From NCBI RefSeq assembly GCF_051873035.1, contig NZ_JBJEEL010000010.1:5129-69128 (forward strand): a DNA stretch of 64,000 bases. Direction: 5' to 3'. Shown here piece after piece: positions 20,569 to 31,432 of the stretch; positions within the stretch are counted from its first letter, which is position 1; each line of letters opens with the position of its first letter. The position numbers and the translations under genes were made by a program. The DNA is from Limosilactobacillus sp. (GTDB taxonomy: Bacteria > Bacillota > Bacilli > Lactobacillales > Lactobacillaceae). The notes under the pieces are model-generated. The model ran no database searches and was not told the DNA's origin. It saw only the letters and a program-made list of their open reading frames with translations.

Positions 20569-23020
20569 TTAGTTGTCAATGACGACCCGCGTTCCAGTTG
20601 GTACATTATGCATGAACCAGTAAGCATCTGGAACGGACAGCCGGATACAACCGTGCGATCCTTGGTTGACCCCTAACTGTGAAGCCTCATATGGCTTGTA
20701 ATTACCACGGGCATCAGTTGGAACAGTATGGAAGAGGTAAACCCCATGTTGTAAGAACGAGGTCCAGTAGTTAGCCCCTTCACCGAGAGAACCGTTATAG
20801 AAGCTGTTCCCCCGTTCCGCTTGAACGTAGAAGGTTCCCGTTGGCGTGGTGCTGACACCGTTTTGGTAGTAACCAGCCGTGCAATACATCGTGTAAACCA
20901 CGTTATTACCGTCCATCAGGTAAACCCGGTTTTGCCCAATCCGGACATGAATCCAGAAGTTACCTAACTGACGAACGTTTGGATACGGGGCATATTCGGA
21001 TGGTTGCCGGTAGTCAATCGGCAAGCGCATTAAGCCCAGTGAAACTAGTCCAGACCTGTAGTCACTAAAGTTACCGTTACCAGCCGGGTCATCGGTGAAG
21101 CGATGAATAATGTAAACCTGTTGGTGCTGCAGGTTAGCAGGCATATTAAAGCCTAGTTGATAACCTGAACGGTCGCTGTTGTAAATGCCCGGATAGACCT
21201 TAGCAACGTCAGCACGGCTCCGGTTAATGTCTAATACTCGCTGCCGGTATAATTCCTGACCATTTTGGTTTAAGAAGATTAGGTATTCGTAGGGTTTATT
21301 GACTGCTTGGTTGCTAGCGTGCCAGCCGGAAACGTACAAACCATTTCCGTTGACCTGGACCTTATCAAAATTACCAGCATTAGAGCTAGTCGCCGGAACA
21401 TATTGATCAACAAAGTTACCGTTGCCGGCCGGGTCATCGGTAAAGCGCAAGATGACCTGCATTGTCCCGTTGACGGCCGTCGGATTTAGGGCAACCAACG
21501 TTGAAAAGCCACTATTGGCACTATCATAAATACCACTGTATACCTTGGCAACGTCTGGACGACTAGCTAACTTAACCGCTGTCCGACCGACTTCCTTACC
21601 GTTATTCAGTACAATCACGTAGGCATATGGGCGGTGCATTGATTGTTGACTCGCCATCCAGCCGGTAACTTTCAGACCGTCCTTGGTCATTTGCATACTA
21701 TCAATCGAGTAGGCCTGTTGGTTCGTCGGTAGCGTCACCTTAAAGGAGCCATCATTGTAGTTACCTTCAGGGTTAATGCCGTTATTATCACTATTGGTTG
21801 AGGACCGACTAGTAACAATGTAGTTATGTCCCGGAACTAGCTTAAGCTTGGCAAGGTCAAAGCTGGCCGTAAAGCCACTGTTTTCTGCTCCCGGAACATT
21901 TGGATAAACCTTGGCAACGTCCGGACGGTGCACAATCGTTGCCGGGGCCGCGGCTAATAGTTCATTGCTTTCCATATCGTACAGGAGAATGGTCTGCTGG
22001 TTTTCAAACGGCATGACGGTTGTCACATGCCAACCCGTGACCACTAGGTGCTGACCATCACTAATGTCAAAGTTATCTAAGTTTTCCCAGTTTTCGACTC
22101 TTCCATTAGTCAGCGGTGCAAACCAGTAATCAATATAGTCACTATTACCATCAGTCGAAGCGGAATAACGGCTGACGACCTGCAATTCATGGTTGAAGTT
22201 AATATTAGTTAACGGTAGCTGCACGTCAAACCCGGACTGACCGGCACCAGCAATGGTCGGAAAGACCTTGGCGACATCGGGACGAGCAAGGTTAGTTACT
22301 TCTTGACGTGTAACCTCGCGACCACTGGTCTGGTCATAAATAATGATAAAGTGGTGTGGTTTATTCAGGGCCATGTTCGTCGCGTGCCAACCAGATAATA
22401 CGAGGTGGTTATTATTAACCGTCGCGTGGTCAAGGTTGGCCCGGTTCTGCTGGTCAATCATAATTGGTGTGAACCAGTAGTCAACCGCATTACCATTCCC
22501 CTGAGCATCATCAGTATAACGACTGACAATTTGAACCTGGTTTAGATTGGTTAGCTGTTTACTCAGGTCAAAACTAGTATTAAAACCAGAAGCAGCTGCG
22601 CCATAGACGTGGTGGGCCGCCGCAACATCCGGACGGCTAACCGCTTGTTCAGTGACGTTTTGCCGACCGATCTCACTATTAGTAGCCCGGTTGAGGGCGA
22701 TAATATAGTGATATGGACGATCCTGTGAAGCATTGGTGGCGTGCCAACCGCTGACCGTTAATTGACCATTAGCATTAATTTGTGCCTGATCAAGGTAAGC
22801 ATAGTTTCCCCGGTCATTAGGATCGGCTTGCGCCCCCCCAATTTTGAACTTGCGCCTCAGGGGCCGCTTGACTGCTTGCCTGCTGGGTTACCGTAACATT
22901 TTGACCTTGATTAGCATCAGCAGAAACATTATTTTGGTTTACCCACAGCAGGAATGCACAGCTCGTCAACGCTGCACAGCCGGCCGCCACCTTCTTAGCG
23001 TGATTAAAATCAATAAGCAA
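20569..23020 (-). pseudogene. Secreted L,D-transpeptidase (YkuD domain) with five RDV-type repeats; frameshifted at a G7 tract
   Basis: Signal-peptide ORF 23020..22817 (TTG behind GGGAGGA). A second frame is open from about 22833 into the 630-aa ORF, which ends in SHGCIRL. Removing one G from the G7 at 22833-22839 joins them into about 816 aa. Confidence 0.85.
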
Positions 23021-23129
23021 TTGAAATCCTCCCTACATTATTAAACTAGTAAAATAAAATCCTCAGATAGGTTCATTATACCACCATTCGGCCCGCAAAC
23101 TGGCACCGGTTACAATTCCTTAACTGCAA

Positions 23130-23171
23130 ACGGTCCTAAGCGCTTAGAAAGTTTCCAAACGCTTAGGACCG
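23130..23171. terminator. Hairpin upstream of the L,D-transpeptidase promoter / downstream of fhs
   Basis: ACGGTCCTAAGCG...CGCTTAGGACCG inverted repeat. Confidence 0.55.
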
Positions 23172-23182
23172 TCTTTTTAGTA

Positions 23183-23337
23183 AAGGGACGTGACATAAGT
23201 CCCTCTGTATAGATCAAAAGCGAACAACGCGGTACACAAATGAGGTCCAGAGTCCGGCAAAGCCGAACTCTGGACCTCTATTTGTGCTCGCGGGGGTTCG
23301 AAAACGAAGTCGTAACCGACTTCTGTCTCACTCCCTT
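23183..23337. repeat. MITE/REP-like dispersed element, copy A
   Basis: Imperfect terminal inverted repeats AAGGGACGTGACATAAGTC / GACTTCTGTCTCACTCCCTT and an internal hairpin; near-identical to 46601-46741 over about 110 nt. Confidence 0.8.
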
Positions 23338-23353
23338 AACCGCTTTTATATTC

Positions 23354-25015
23354 TTAGAACAAACCGGTAATCTTACCATTCTTATCAATGGTCATGTTAA
23401 CGGCAGCTGGCACCTTTGACAGGCCCGGCATCGTCATCATGTTACCCGACAATGCCACAATAAAGCCCGCACCCAACTTTGGTACCAGGCCCCGGATATG
23501 GAAAGTAAAGTCTTCCGGTGCCCCGAGCTGGGTCTGGTCATCCGTAAAGGAGTACTGGGTCTTGGCAATGCAAACCGGCAGTTTATTCCAACCGAGCTCA
23601 CTGAACTGCTTCAGTTGCCGCTGGGCCTTCCGGCTAAATTCAACATCCTTGGCCCCGTAAATCTTGGTAGCGACAGTCCGGATCTTCTCTTCCGGTGTGG
23701 CGTCTAGGCTGTACAACTCGTGGAAGTCACTCTCCTGGTCGGTCAACCGAACCACTTCTTTAGCCAGGTCATGCGTACCGGCACCGCCCTTCGCCCAGGC
23801 ATCGGCCGTTACCACATTGACACCGAGTTGCTTACAGTTGTCTTCAATCAGCTTGATTTCGGCCGCGGTATCAGTTGCAAAGTGGTTAATTGCCACCACC
23901 AATGAGACCCCGTAACGCTGCATATTCTTGATGTGGCGGTTAAGGTTGGCCATCCCCTTTTGCAACTCTGCCAAGTGCTCGTTCTTAAGGTCGGCCAGGT
24001 CAGCACCACCGTTGTATTCCAATGCCCGCACGGTAGCCACAATCACTACCGCATCCGGGTTCTTACCGAGGACCCGCCGCTTAATGTCCATGAACTTTTC
24101 GGCCCCCAGATCGGCACCAAAGCCGGATTCCGTTACGGTGTAATCAGCCAACTGTAACGCGGTCTGGGTGGCGAGAACACTGTTACATCCGTGGGCGATA
24201 TTGGCGAATGGTCCCCCGTGAATGATCGTTGGGGTATGGTCCAAAGTTTGCACCAGGTTCGGCTTGATCGCATCCTTGAGCAAAATTGTAATGGCATCCG
24301 CAAAGCCGAGCTCGGCGACCGTTACCGGCTTCTTATCATAGGTATAACCGACCACGATCTGGCCAACCCGCTTCTTTAAGTCCATCAGGTCAGTGGAAAG
24401 GCACAAAATCGCCATCAGTTCCGAAGCCGCCGTGATATCAAAACCGGTCTGCCGGGGAACCCCCTGCATTAGGCCACCTAAACCGGTAACCACGTTCCGG
24501 AGGGCCCGGTCGTTAACATCTTCCACCCGCTTCCAGATAATCCGCCGGGGGTCTAAGCCCAATTCATTATCCCGCATCACGTAGTTATCAACCAGGGCCG
24601 CCAAGGTATTGTTGGCACTAGTCAGGGCGTGGAGGTCACCTGTAAAGTGCAGGTTAATGTCTTCCATTGGAACCACTTGGCTGTAGCCACCACCCGTGGC
24701 ACCACCTTTAATCCCGAACACTGGACCCATGGACGGTTCCCGCATCGCAATGATGGTCTGGTGGCCTAGTTGGTTCATCGCATCGCCCAGGCCAACCAGG
24801 ACGGTGGACTTACCTTCACCAGCAGGCGTGGGATTAATCGAGGTGACTAATACCAGCTTATGCTTCTTGTCTGGGTGGGCTTTAACTGGCAAAGTGATCT
24901 TGGCCTTGTACTTACCGTATTGCTCAATATCATCCTCGCCTAGGCCAATTTGTGCAGCTACTTCCTTAATCGGCTTCATTTCCGCTTGGTCAGCAATTTC
25001 GATATCCGTCATCAT
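23354..25015 (-). CDS. fhs: Formate--tetrahydrofolate ligase
   Basis: [36 protein letters not shown] and CIAKTQYS motifs. Confidence 0.98.
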   Translation of the reverse strand: MMTDIEIADQAEMKPIKEVAAQIGLGEDDIEQYGKYKAKITLPVKAHPDKKHKLVLVTSINPTPAGEGKSTVLVGLGDAMNQLGHQTIIAMREPSMGPVFGIKGGATGGGYSQVVPMEDINLHFTGDLHALTSANNTLAALVDNYVMRDNELGLDPRRIIWKRVEDVNDRALRNVVTGLGGLMQGVPRQTGFDITAASELMAILCLSTDLMDLKKRVGQIVVGYTYDKKPVTVAELGFADAITILLKDAIKPNLVQTLDHTPTIIHGGPFANIAHGCNSVLATQTALQLADYTVTESGFGADLGAEKFMDIKRRVLGKNPDAVVIVATVRALEYNGGADLADLKNEHLAELQKGMANLNRHIKNMQRYGVSLVVAINHFATDTAAEIKLIEDNCKQLGVNVVTADAWAKGGAGTHDLAKEVVRLTDQESDFHELYSLDATPEEKIRTVATKIYGAKDVEFSRKAQRQLKQFSELGWNKLPVCIAKTQYSFTDDQTQLGAPEDFTFHIRGLVPKLGAGFIVALSGNMMTMPGLSKVPAAVNMTIDKNGKITGLF

Positions 25016-25035
25016 CGCAACCGTCCCCTTTCAAC

Positions 25036-25132
25036 ATTCACGAACTTTATTGTTAAATTATAGATATTTGTTTGTCTATATAGACAAGATACTGTATTTT
25101 CTGCAGTATGTAAACCTCTTTTCACGAATAAT
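25036..25132. promoter_or_regulatory. PurBox-like sites upstream of fhs
   Basis: ATTCACGAACTTT (25036) and TTTCACGAATAAT (25120). Confidence 0.55.
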
Positions 25133-25228
25133 TAGCTAATTTAAGTAAATTAACCAGCTACTTAAGCTTAGCTGTTCTCAGAGGGGCTGTCAAAGGGAAA
25201 ACACATTGCCTTCCCACCGTGAATCCAA

Positions 25229-25278
25229 AAATTGGGCGGCAAGTATTCGGATTTTCAGAACACTTGCCGCCCAATATA
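25229..25278. terminator. Hairpin after alsD (repeat-core family)
   Basis: ATTGGGCGGCAAGTATTCGG-ATTTT-CAGAACACTTGCCGCCCAAT. Confidence 0.7.
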
Positions 25279-25286
25279 TTACGACC

Positions 25287-26003
25287 CTATTCATTATTTC
25301 CTTCAGACTGGGCAATGCTATCACGCACCGTCGCCAGGTCGACCGATCCCTGCCGAAAGGCCTGGTCGGTGATTGGGAAATGCTGGTCTAAACTATCAAA
25401 GATTTGCAGGTCCCCGCTTAGCTTTGGCGCATTAAATTCTAGCAGGTGGCCGGCGAATTGACGGTCATCACTAATAAAGTGGAGGTGCCAACCCGCGGCA
25501 GTAACACTACCGAAAATTTCCGGTGCGTAATAACCGATAATGGTTCCGGTGACGTTATCACGGGTAAAGGTTGGCTGCCCCTTAGCCACTTCTAGTAAGC
25601 TCGGGTATGGCGCCGTCTGCTTAGGGGCGATCCGTACCTTAACATGAGTAAAAGTTCCCTGTAAGTGTAGGGCCGCAAAAACATTACTGAGCTCATGCTG
25701 CTTAACAAATCCACCATTCAGGCTGGCAAAGTTAACCTCTGCCAAATCTAACGGCTGTAAGTCGCCCGGTTCGTGGACTGAAGCAAAGGGCATCTTAGCC
25801 GTTAGGTCGGTGATGTGGTTAACCTGACCACTAGAGACGGCCTGGTAGACTTCCCCATCTAAAATAACTACTTCGCCGTCAAGGCCATCAAAGGTCCCGA
25901 TCCCCCTAGAACCATGCTTCAAAAGGTCCCCCAGGGTGATTGTCCCGGCCATGTTACCAGCCATTAATGAGGCCAGTGTGCCGTGTTCATACAACGTACT
26001 GAT
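25287..26003 (-). CDS. alsD: Alpha-acetolactate decarboxylase
   Basis: LYEHGTL, GIGTFDGLDGE and GWHLHF.SDDRQFAGH motifs; start uncertain (ATC 26003 behind GGAAAGGA, or TTG 25994). Confidence 0.93.
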   Translation of the reverse strand: MSTLYEHGTLASLMAGNMAGTITLGDLLKHGSRGIGTFDGLDGEVVILDGEVYQAVSSGQVNHITDLTAKMPFASVHEPGDLQPLDLAEVNFASLNGGFVKQHELSNVFAALHLQGTFTHVKVRIAPKQTAPYPSLLEVAKGQPTFTRDNVTGTIIGYYAPEIFGSVTAAGWHLHFISDDRQFAGHLLEFNAPKLSGDLQIFDSLDQHFPITDQAFRQGSVDLATVRDSIAQSEGNNE

Positions 26004-26020
26004 ACGATCAAATCCTTTCC

Positions 26021-27700
26021 TTATCCTAATTGTGAATCAATCAGGTGGGCCGCCAGTTCCTTGTTATTACTGTAGTCAACTGGAACATCGACTACGACCG
26101 GTCCATCAACATTAAAGGCTTGGTTCATTACCTTCCCCAGGTCGGCTGGTTTATCAACCCGTAGGCCCGTGGCACCAAAGCTTTCGGCATACTTTACAAT
26201 GTCACAGTCACCAAACTTAACACCGGCCGCTTGGGGGTACTTCATTTCTTCTTGGAACTTAACCATGTCATAGTGGCCACCATCGTTCCACACAACCACC
26301 ACGAGGTTCAGGTGGTGCTGGACCGCCGTTGCCAACTCTGCACCAGAGAAGAGGAATCCACCATCCCCACAAACGGCAACCGCCTTCCGTTCAGGGTGAA
26401 GCATTGCGGCTACCATCGCCCAAGGGAGGCCGACTCCCAGCGTCTGCATCCCGTTACTGATTAATAGGTGGCGTGGTTGGTAGCAGCGGAAGTGCCGGGC
26501 CATCCAAATGTAGTGCGAACCCACATCCAGTGAAACGATCATGTCATCAGTCACGTTTTCCTGAATTGCCTGTACTACCGCTAGGGGATGACTCTTACCG
26601 TGACTTTGTGGTGCCGGTAGTTGCTTATCTTGATCTAACTGGTGCCGGTATTTTAAGAGTTGGTCCTTAGCAGCGGCCGGGTAGGTAAAGCCCTTCAGCA
26701 GGTGATCCAGCTGGTCCAAACTAGCGGTAATATCCCCAACTAGTTGCATTACCGGTGTGTATTGGTTATCGACCTGGGCCGGTTTCGTATCCAGGTTGAC
26801 AATCCGCAGTTGTCCTTCCTTATTCCAGTTCCGCGGTTCGTATTCAATGGCATCATAGCCCACCGCAATGACCAGGTCACTTTGTTGGAGCAGTTGGTCA
26901 CCAACCTGGTTACGGAAGAGGCCCACCCGACCAAAGTAGGACTGGTCTTCCAGGTCACGGGAAACTACCCCGGCCGCCTGGAAAGTCTCTACTACCGGGA
27001 AGGCGTAATCATGAAGGAGACGGTGCAAGGCAGCCGCGACTTGCTGGCTACCGGCCCGTTGACCAACTAAAATTACCGGCAACTGACTATGCTTAATCAT
27101 GTCAACTAACTTAGCCAGTTCTCCCGGGTCAGCCGGGCCCATCTTCGGTGCCTCGTAAACTGGTAGCGGGGCGACCGTAACTTCGGCATCGTCAACGTCT
27201 TGTGGCAGGCTTACGAAGGCGGCTCCCTTTTCTGCCCCTTGGCTTGCTTCGAAAGCGTTGGCCATCGTTTCCGAAATATTATTTGGATCCTGAATTTCGG
27301 CACTGTAGCGGGTGATCGGTGCCATAATTTCTGCTGATGGCGTACTCTGGTGGGTTAACCGGTGGAGGTCCTTTCGTTGAACCTGACCACCAATTGCTAG
27401 TACGGGGTCCCCTTCGGCATTGGCCGTCATGATCCCGGTGGTCAGGTTACCAACACCAGGGCCCGACGTACTGATCGCCACCCCGGTCTTCCCAGTTAAC
27501 CGGGCATAGGCCTGGGCCATAAAAACCGCATTTTGCTCGTGACGGGTCACAATTAGGCGGGGCGCATCCGCACTGTCTTGTCCATCCAGTCCTTCAAACA
27601 AGCGGTCAATCTTGGCACCCGGAATCCCAAAGACCAGGTTAACCCCATGCTTGCGGAGACTATCAATAACCACATCAGCACCACGTAACTTCTTCGACAT
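26021..27700 (-). CDS. alsS: Catabolic acetolactate synthase
   Basis: FGIPGAKID, RHEQNA, SNGMQTLGV and GDGGFLFS motifs; adjacent to alsD. Confidence 0.96.
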   Translation of the reverse strand: MSKKLRGADVVIDSLRKHGVNLVFGIPGAKIDRLFEGLDGQDSADAPRLIVTRHEQNAVFMAQAYARLTGKTGVAISTSGPGVGNLTTGIMTANAEGDPVLAIGGQVQRKDLHRLTHQSTPSAEIMAPITRYSAEIQDPNNISETMANAFEASQGAEKGAAFVSLPQDVDDAEVTVAPLPVYEAPKMGPADPGELAKLVDMIKHSQLPVILVGQRAGSQQVAAALHRLLHDYAFPVVETFQAAGVVSRDLEDQSYFGRVGLFRNQVGDQLLQQSDLVIAVGYDAIEYEPRNWNKEGQLRIVNLDTKPAQVDNQYTPVMQLVGDITASLDQLDHLLKGFTYPAAAKDQLLKYRHQLDQDKQLPAPQSHGKSHPLAVVQAIQENVTDDMIVSLDVGSHYIWMARHFRCYQPRHLLISNGMQTLGVGLPWAMVAAMLHPERKAVAVCGDGGFLFSGAELATAVQHHLNLVVVVWNDGGHYDMVKFQEEMKYPQAAGVKFGDCDIVKYAESFGATGLRVDKPADLGKVMNQAFNVDGPVVVDVPVDYSNNKELAAHLIDSQLG

Positions 27701-27858
27701 CTAAACCACCTCATCGATTCTTTAAGTTCACTATTCACTAGCATTCTAAGCGTCACCGCTACATTTCACAAGATTGTCGTTTCTTCACATAGGACGAACG
27801 GTGACGTAATAGCAATACTTATTTTAAATTCACTAATCACGCTGAAAAATTCACAAAG

Positions 27859-28899
27859 TCAATCAGTTTTGGCCGGCGTACGGCGTTTCCCCTTGTGAAT
27901 TGACTTTACACCTAGAATATCTAACAGGAAGGTAAAAATTGGTACCCCGACAATTAGGCCCCAGGTTCCCCAGAAATGTTCACTAACCAGCAGGACGATA
28001 AAGGTGTAGAAGATCGGTAGGTCGGTCTGGCTTGACATGAACTTAGGGTTTAGTACGTAGGCTTCGATCGCGTGAATCACAATTACCATTACAATAATGT
28101 AGACGACATCCCGGAGGCCACCAACCGAATAAGCCACCAGGCCAAGTGGGATCGTCGAAATAATTACCCCGGCAACTGGTACCAGGCTAAATACAAAGAC
28201 CACTAGGGAAAGGGCAAAGATCTGTGGCATTTTCATAAAGGCCAGGCAAATCGTCGTAATAACGGTATTGCAGATGGCAATGAAGAACTGGGCCTCCAAA
28301 ACCACCCCGAACGTGTTGGTAAACTTTTTGCCGAAGTAGGCCACGTCTTGGAAGAACCAACTAAACCGGCTGTTTAAAAACAAACGTGAGAAACTCTCCG
28401 TTTGCCTAAGCTCTAATGTATAGAAAAAGCTCAGGATCAGGGAAAGGAAAAAGGTAACCGCGACCGCGCCAATGCTGGTAATGGTGCTAACCGCTAACGT
28501 CAACCCATGTTTGACCTGGTTCATAATCGTTCGGGCACTAATGTAGTGGTTAATATACCGGTACAGGGCCGTGGCGTCATTGGAACCATAGAAACGCACC
28601 ACCGAATTAACCATTTTCGTAATTTGGCGAACCAGGATCGGCAAGTACTGGGTAACCCCTAAATAGAGTCCCCAAATCAGCAGCGCGTAGGTAATTATGA
28701 CCACTAGCCCGGGTGATAATTTAGGTAGCCACCGGCGGACCAAGTGGACCCAGTTGACGACAATGTAGGTCAAGATGAAGGTAAAGAGGATCAGGTTCAT
28801 CATCGACCGCATCATCCAGAGCACAAAAATAATTAACGCTAGAACCGCAAACCGGCGGAGTTCAACGTTGTTTATAAAGCGATGCCATGCATCTGTCAT
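27859..28899 (-). CDS. AI-2E family transporter
   Basis: Hydrophobic profile; HAIEAYVLNPK and WGLIVGVP motifs. Confidence 0.85.
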   Translation of the reverse strand: MTDAWHRFINNVELRRFAVLALIIFVLWMMRSMMNLILFTFILTYIVVNWVHLVRRWLPKLSPGLVVIITYALLIWGLYLGVTQYLPILVRQITKMVNSVVRFYGSNDATALYRYINHYISARTIMNQVKHGLTLAVSTITSIGAVAVTFFLSLILSFFYTLELRQTESFSRLFLNSRFSWFFQDVAYFGKKFTNTFGVVLEAQFFIAICNTVITTICLAFMKMPQIFALSLVVFVFSLVPVAGVIISTIPLGLVAYSVGGLRDVVYIIVMVIVIHAIEAYVLNPKFMSSQTDLPIFYTFIVLLVSEHFWGTWGLIVGVPIFTFLLDILGVKSIHKGKRRTPAKTD

Positions 28900-29051
28900 A
28901 TCATCATCCCTTTAACAATGTATTAACCTCAGTTTACCCTAATTTGGCAGGCAATTAGCATTAATTTACCAGATTTAAGTTTCCCACCATTAAAATAATT
29001 GATGGGGTGTTATAATAAGCATATTCGATTGAGAAAGAAGGAAACGTTGAA

Positions 29052-30230
29052 ATGTTAGAAAAGACGTTCTACAAGTCACTGCTTAGTCACTCCTTTACCA
29101 TTCCAGTTAAGGTTGTGTACTGGGACGGTAAAAGTGCCGTTTACGGTAATGGTGAGCCCCAAGTAACAGTCACCTTTAAGGAAAAGATTCCAATTCGTGA
29201 TGTTACCAAGAACGCCTCAATTGCCCTCGGTGAAGCTTATATGGACGGTAAGATCACAATCGATGGTAGTATCCAGAAGTTAATTGAATCTGCCTACGAA
29301 AGTGCTGATAGTTTCATGCGGAGTTCGAAGTTCCGTAAGTTCTTGCCTAAACAGGGACACTCCGAAAAGGAAAGCCAATCCGACGTGCAAAGTCACTATG
29401 ATGTCGGTAACGACTTCTACAAGTTATGGCTCGATGACACCATGACTTATTCCTGTGCCTACTTCACTGACGGTAACCACGACGACCTAACGAAGGCCCA
29501 AGAAGATAAGGTCCGCCATATTCTGAAGAAGTTGGACCCGAAGCCCGGCAAGACCCTCCTCGATATTGGTTGTGGTTGGGGAACACTGATGCTGACCGCC
29601 GCCAAGGAGTACGGACTTAAAGTTACCGGGGTTACCCTGAGTGAGGAACAATACCGCTTCGTCAAGCAACGAATCAAGGACGAAGACCTCGAACAAGTTG
29701 CTGACGTTAAGCTAGTTGACTACCGGGAACTGGGCGACCAAACTTGGGATTACATCACCTCTGTTGGGATGTTTGAACACGTTGGTAAGGAAAATCTGGG
29801 CCTGTACTTCAAGGATGTTAACCGTTACCTAAAGAGCAATGGGGTAGCCCTAATCCACGGTATTACCCGGCAACAAGGTGGGGCCTTTAACGGTTGGATC
29901 AACAAGTACATCTTCCCAGGTGGCTACATCCCTGGTCTCGCCGAAATGGTTAACCACATTGAAGAAAACCGGATGCAAATTGCCGATATGGAAATGTTAC
30001 GGCGCCACTACCAACGGACGCTTGAAATCTGGGATGCCAACTTCAATGCCAAGCGGGCACAGATTCAAGATATGATGGGTGAACGGTTCACGCGGATGTG
30101 GGACCTCTACCTTCAAGCATGTGCCGCTTCATTTGAATCTGGTAACATCGATGTTATCCAGTACCTGATTACTAAGGGCGCATCTGGCAAGAACCTCCCA
30201 ATGACCCGGGACTACATGTACAAGGATTAA
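29052..30230 (+). CDS. cfa: Cyclopropane-fatty-acyl-phospholipid synthase
   Basis: [34 protein letters not shown] and YIFPGG motifs. Confidence 0.96.
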   Translation: MLEKTFYKSLLSHSFTIPVKVVYWDGKSAVYGNGEPQVTVTFKEKIPIRDVTKNASIALGEAYMDGKITIDGSIQKLIESAYESADSFMRSSKFRKFLPKQGHSEKESQSDVQSHYDVGNDFYKLWLDDTMTYSCAYFTDGNHDDLTKAQEDKVRHILKKLDPKPGKTLLDIGCGWGTLMLTAAKEYGLKVTGVTLSEEQYRFVKQRIKDEDLEQVADVKLVDYRELGDQTWDYITSVGMFEHVGKENLGLYFKDVNRYLKSNGVALIHGITRQQGGAFNGWINKYIFPGGYIPGLAEMVNHIEENRMQIADMEMLRRHYQRTLEIWDANFNAKRAQIQDMMGERFTRMWDLYLQACAASFESGNIDVIQYLITKGASGKNLPMTRDYMYKD

Positions 30231-30268
30231 AATTATCCTGCTCTTAATAATTCACAAAACGAAGAAAG

Positions 30269-30312
30269 AGGGAGCGAAACAGGAGTCATAACCGGCTTCT
30301 GTTTCGCTCCCT
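30269..30312. repeat. Mini copy of the dispersed element (ends only), probably a bidirectional terminator
   Basis: AGGGAGCGAAACAGGAGTCATAACCGGCTTCTGTTTCGCTCCCT resembles the right end of copies A and B. Confidence 0.6.
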
Positions 30313-30344
30313 TTAGTGTATTATTCAGGAGGAGGTTTTCTACA

Positions 30345-31289
30345 CTATTCTTCTAGTTTCTTTACCGTTTCATCGAACCGGGTCTTGATGTAGTTAGCTG
30401 ACTTTTCCAGCAGCTTCTGTTCGTCCGCCGTCAAGTTCAACTGGAGTTGTTTTTCCACCCCGTCTTTCCCTAGGATTGCCGGGTAGCCACAGTAGATTCC
30501 GTATTCTTCACGGAAGTTGGAACATGGCAACTCAATCTTGGCATCATTAAGGATCGCCGTTACCAACCGCAGGGCCGCGGCGGCAATTCCAAAATTAGTG
30601 TACAACTTTCCGTGGAAAACGGTGTAACCGCCCGCCTTAGTTGCTTCGGCCAGGGCATCCAGGTCCAACTGGTCACTAACCGCGGCCAGGTCCGTAATAT
30701 TTTGACCAAGGACCCGGACTTGTGACCAAGCCGCAAATTGGGAATTACCGTGTTCGCCCAGGGCATAACCGGAAACGGACCGGGGATCGACGTCGAGCGC
30801 CTGTCCCACTACCTTACGTAGCCGGGCTGTATCCAGCAGGGTCCCCGTCCCAATTACCTGTTTCTTTGGCAGGCCCGTGTAACGCTGGAAGAGGGCCGCA
30901 ATGACATCACAAGGGTTACTGATGGAAACCAGGACCCCGTTAAAGCCCACTTCCTTCAGCTTGGTACCGACCTCTTTGGCAGCGACACTGTTGACGTTTA
31001 GTTCCATAAAACGGTCATGCTTAGCATCATCATTTTGAACGCTAATATTACCAACCGCAATCACCACGACGTCCGCGTCAGCAAGCGCTTCATAGTCGTT
31101 ACGGATGACCTTCGCATGGGTTGGCAAGTTGGCTGCCATATCCTCGAAGTCGGTTGCGTTAGCGTTTAGCTTCTTTTCATCCGTATCCACCAGGACCAAT
31201 TCGTCAACGGTTCCGGTCACCAGGAGGTTATTCGCCAGCGTTTCACCGACGTGCCCTTGACCGATTACACCTACTTTACGTGTCATCAT
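30345..31289 (-). CDS. L-2-hydroxyacid dehydrogenase (L-2-hydroxyisocaproate/L-lactate dehydrogenase family)
   Basis: VGVIGQGHVG, ISNPCD, GTLLDTAR and LGEHGNSQF motifs; the substrate loop 'HDRFMEL' resembles L-HicDH. Confidence 0.85.
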   Translation of the reverse strand: MMTRKVGVIGQGHVGETLANNLLVTGTVDELVLVDTDEKKLNANATDFEDMAANLPTHAKVIRNDYEALADADVVVIAVGNISVQNDDAKHDRFMELNVNSVAAKEVGTKLKEVGFNGVLVSISNPCDVIAALFQRYTGLPKKQVIGTGTLLDTARLRKVVGQALDVDPRSVSGYALGEHGNSQFAAWSQVRVLGQNITDLAAVSDQLDLDALAEATKAGGYTVFHGKLYTNFGIAAAALRLVTAILNDAKIELPCSNFREEYGIYCGYPAILGKDGVEKQLQLNLTADEQKLLEKSANYIKTRFDETVKKLEE

Positions 31290-31432
31290 CAATCACTTCT
31301 CTCTAATATTGCCATTTGTTTTTCTAATCATATTTTAATGGCACTTTAATACTAAAGGGTATGGATGTCAACCCGTTTCGTTAAAAAAGCGACCGTCGGC
31401 TAATAAATTAGTCGATAGTCGCTTTTTAATAA

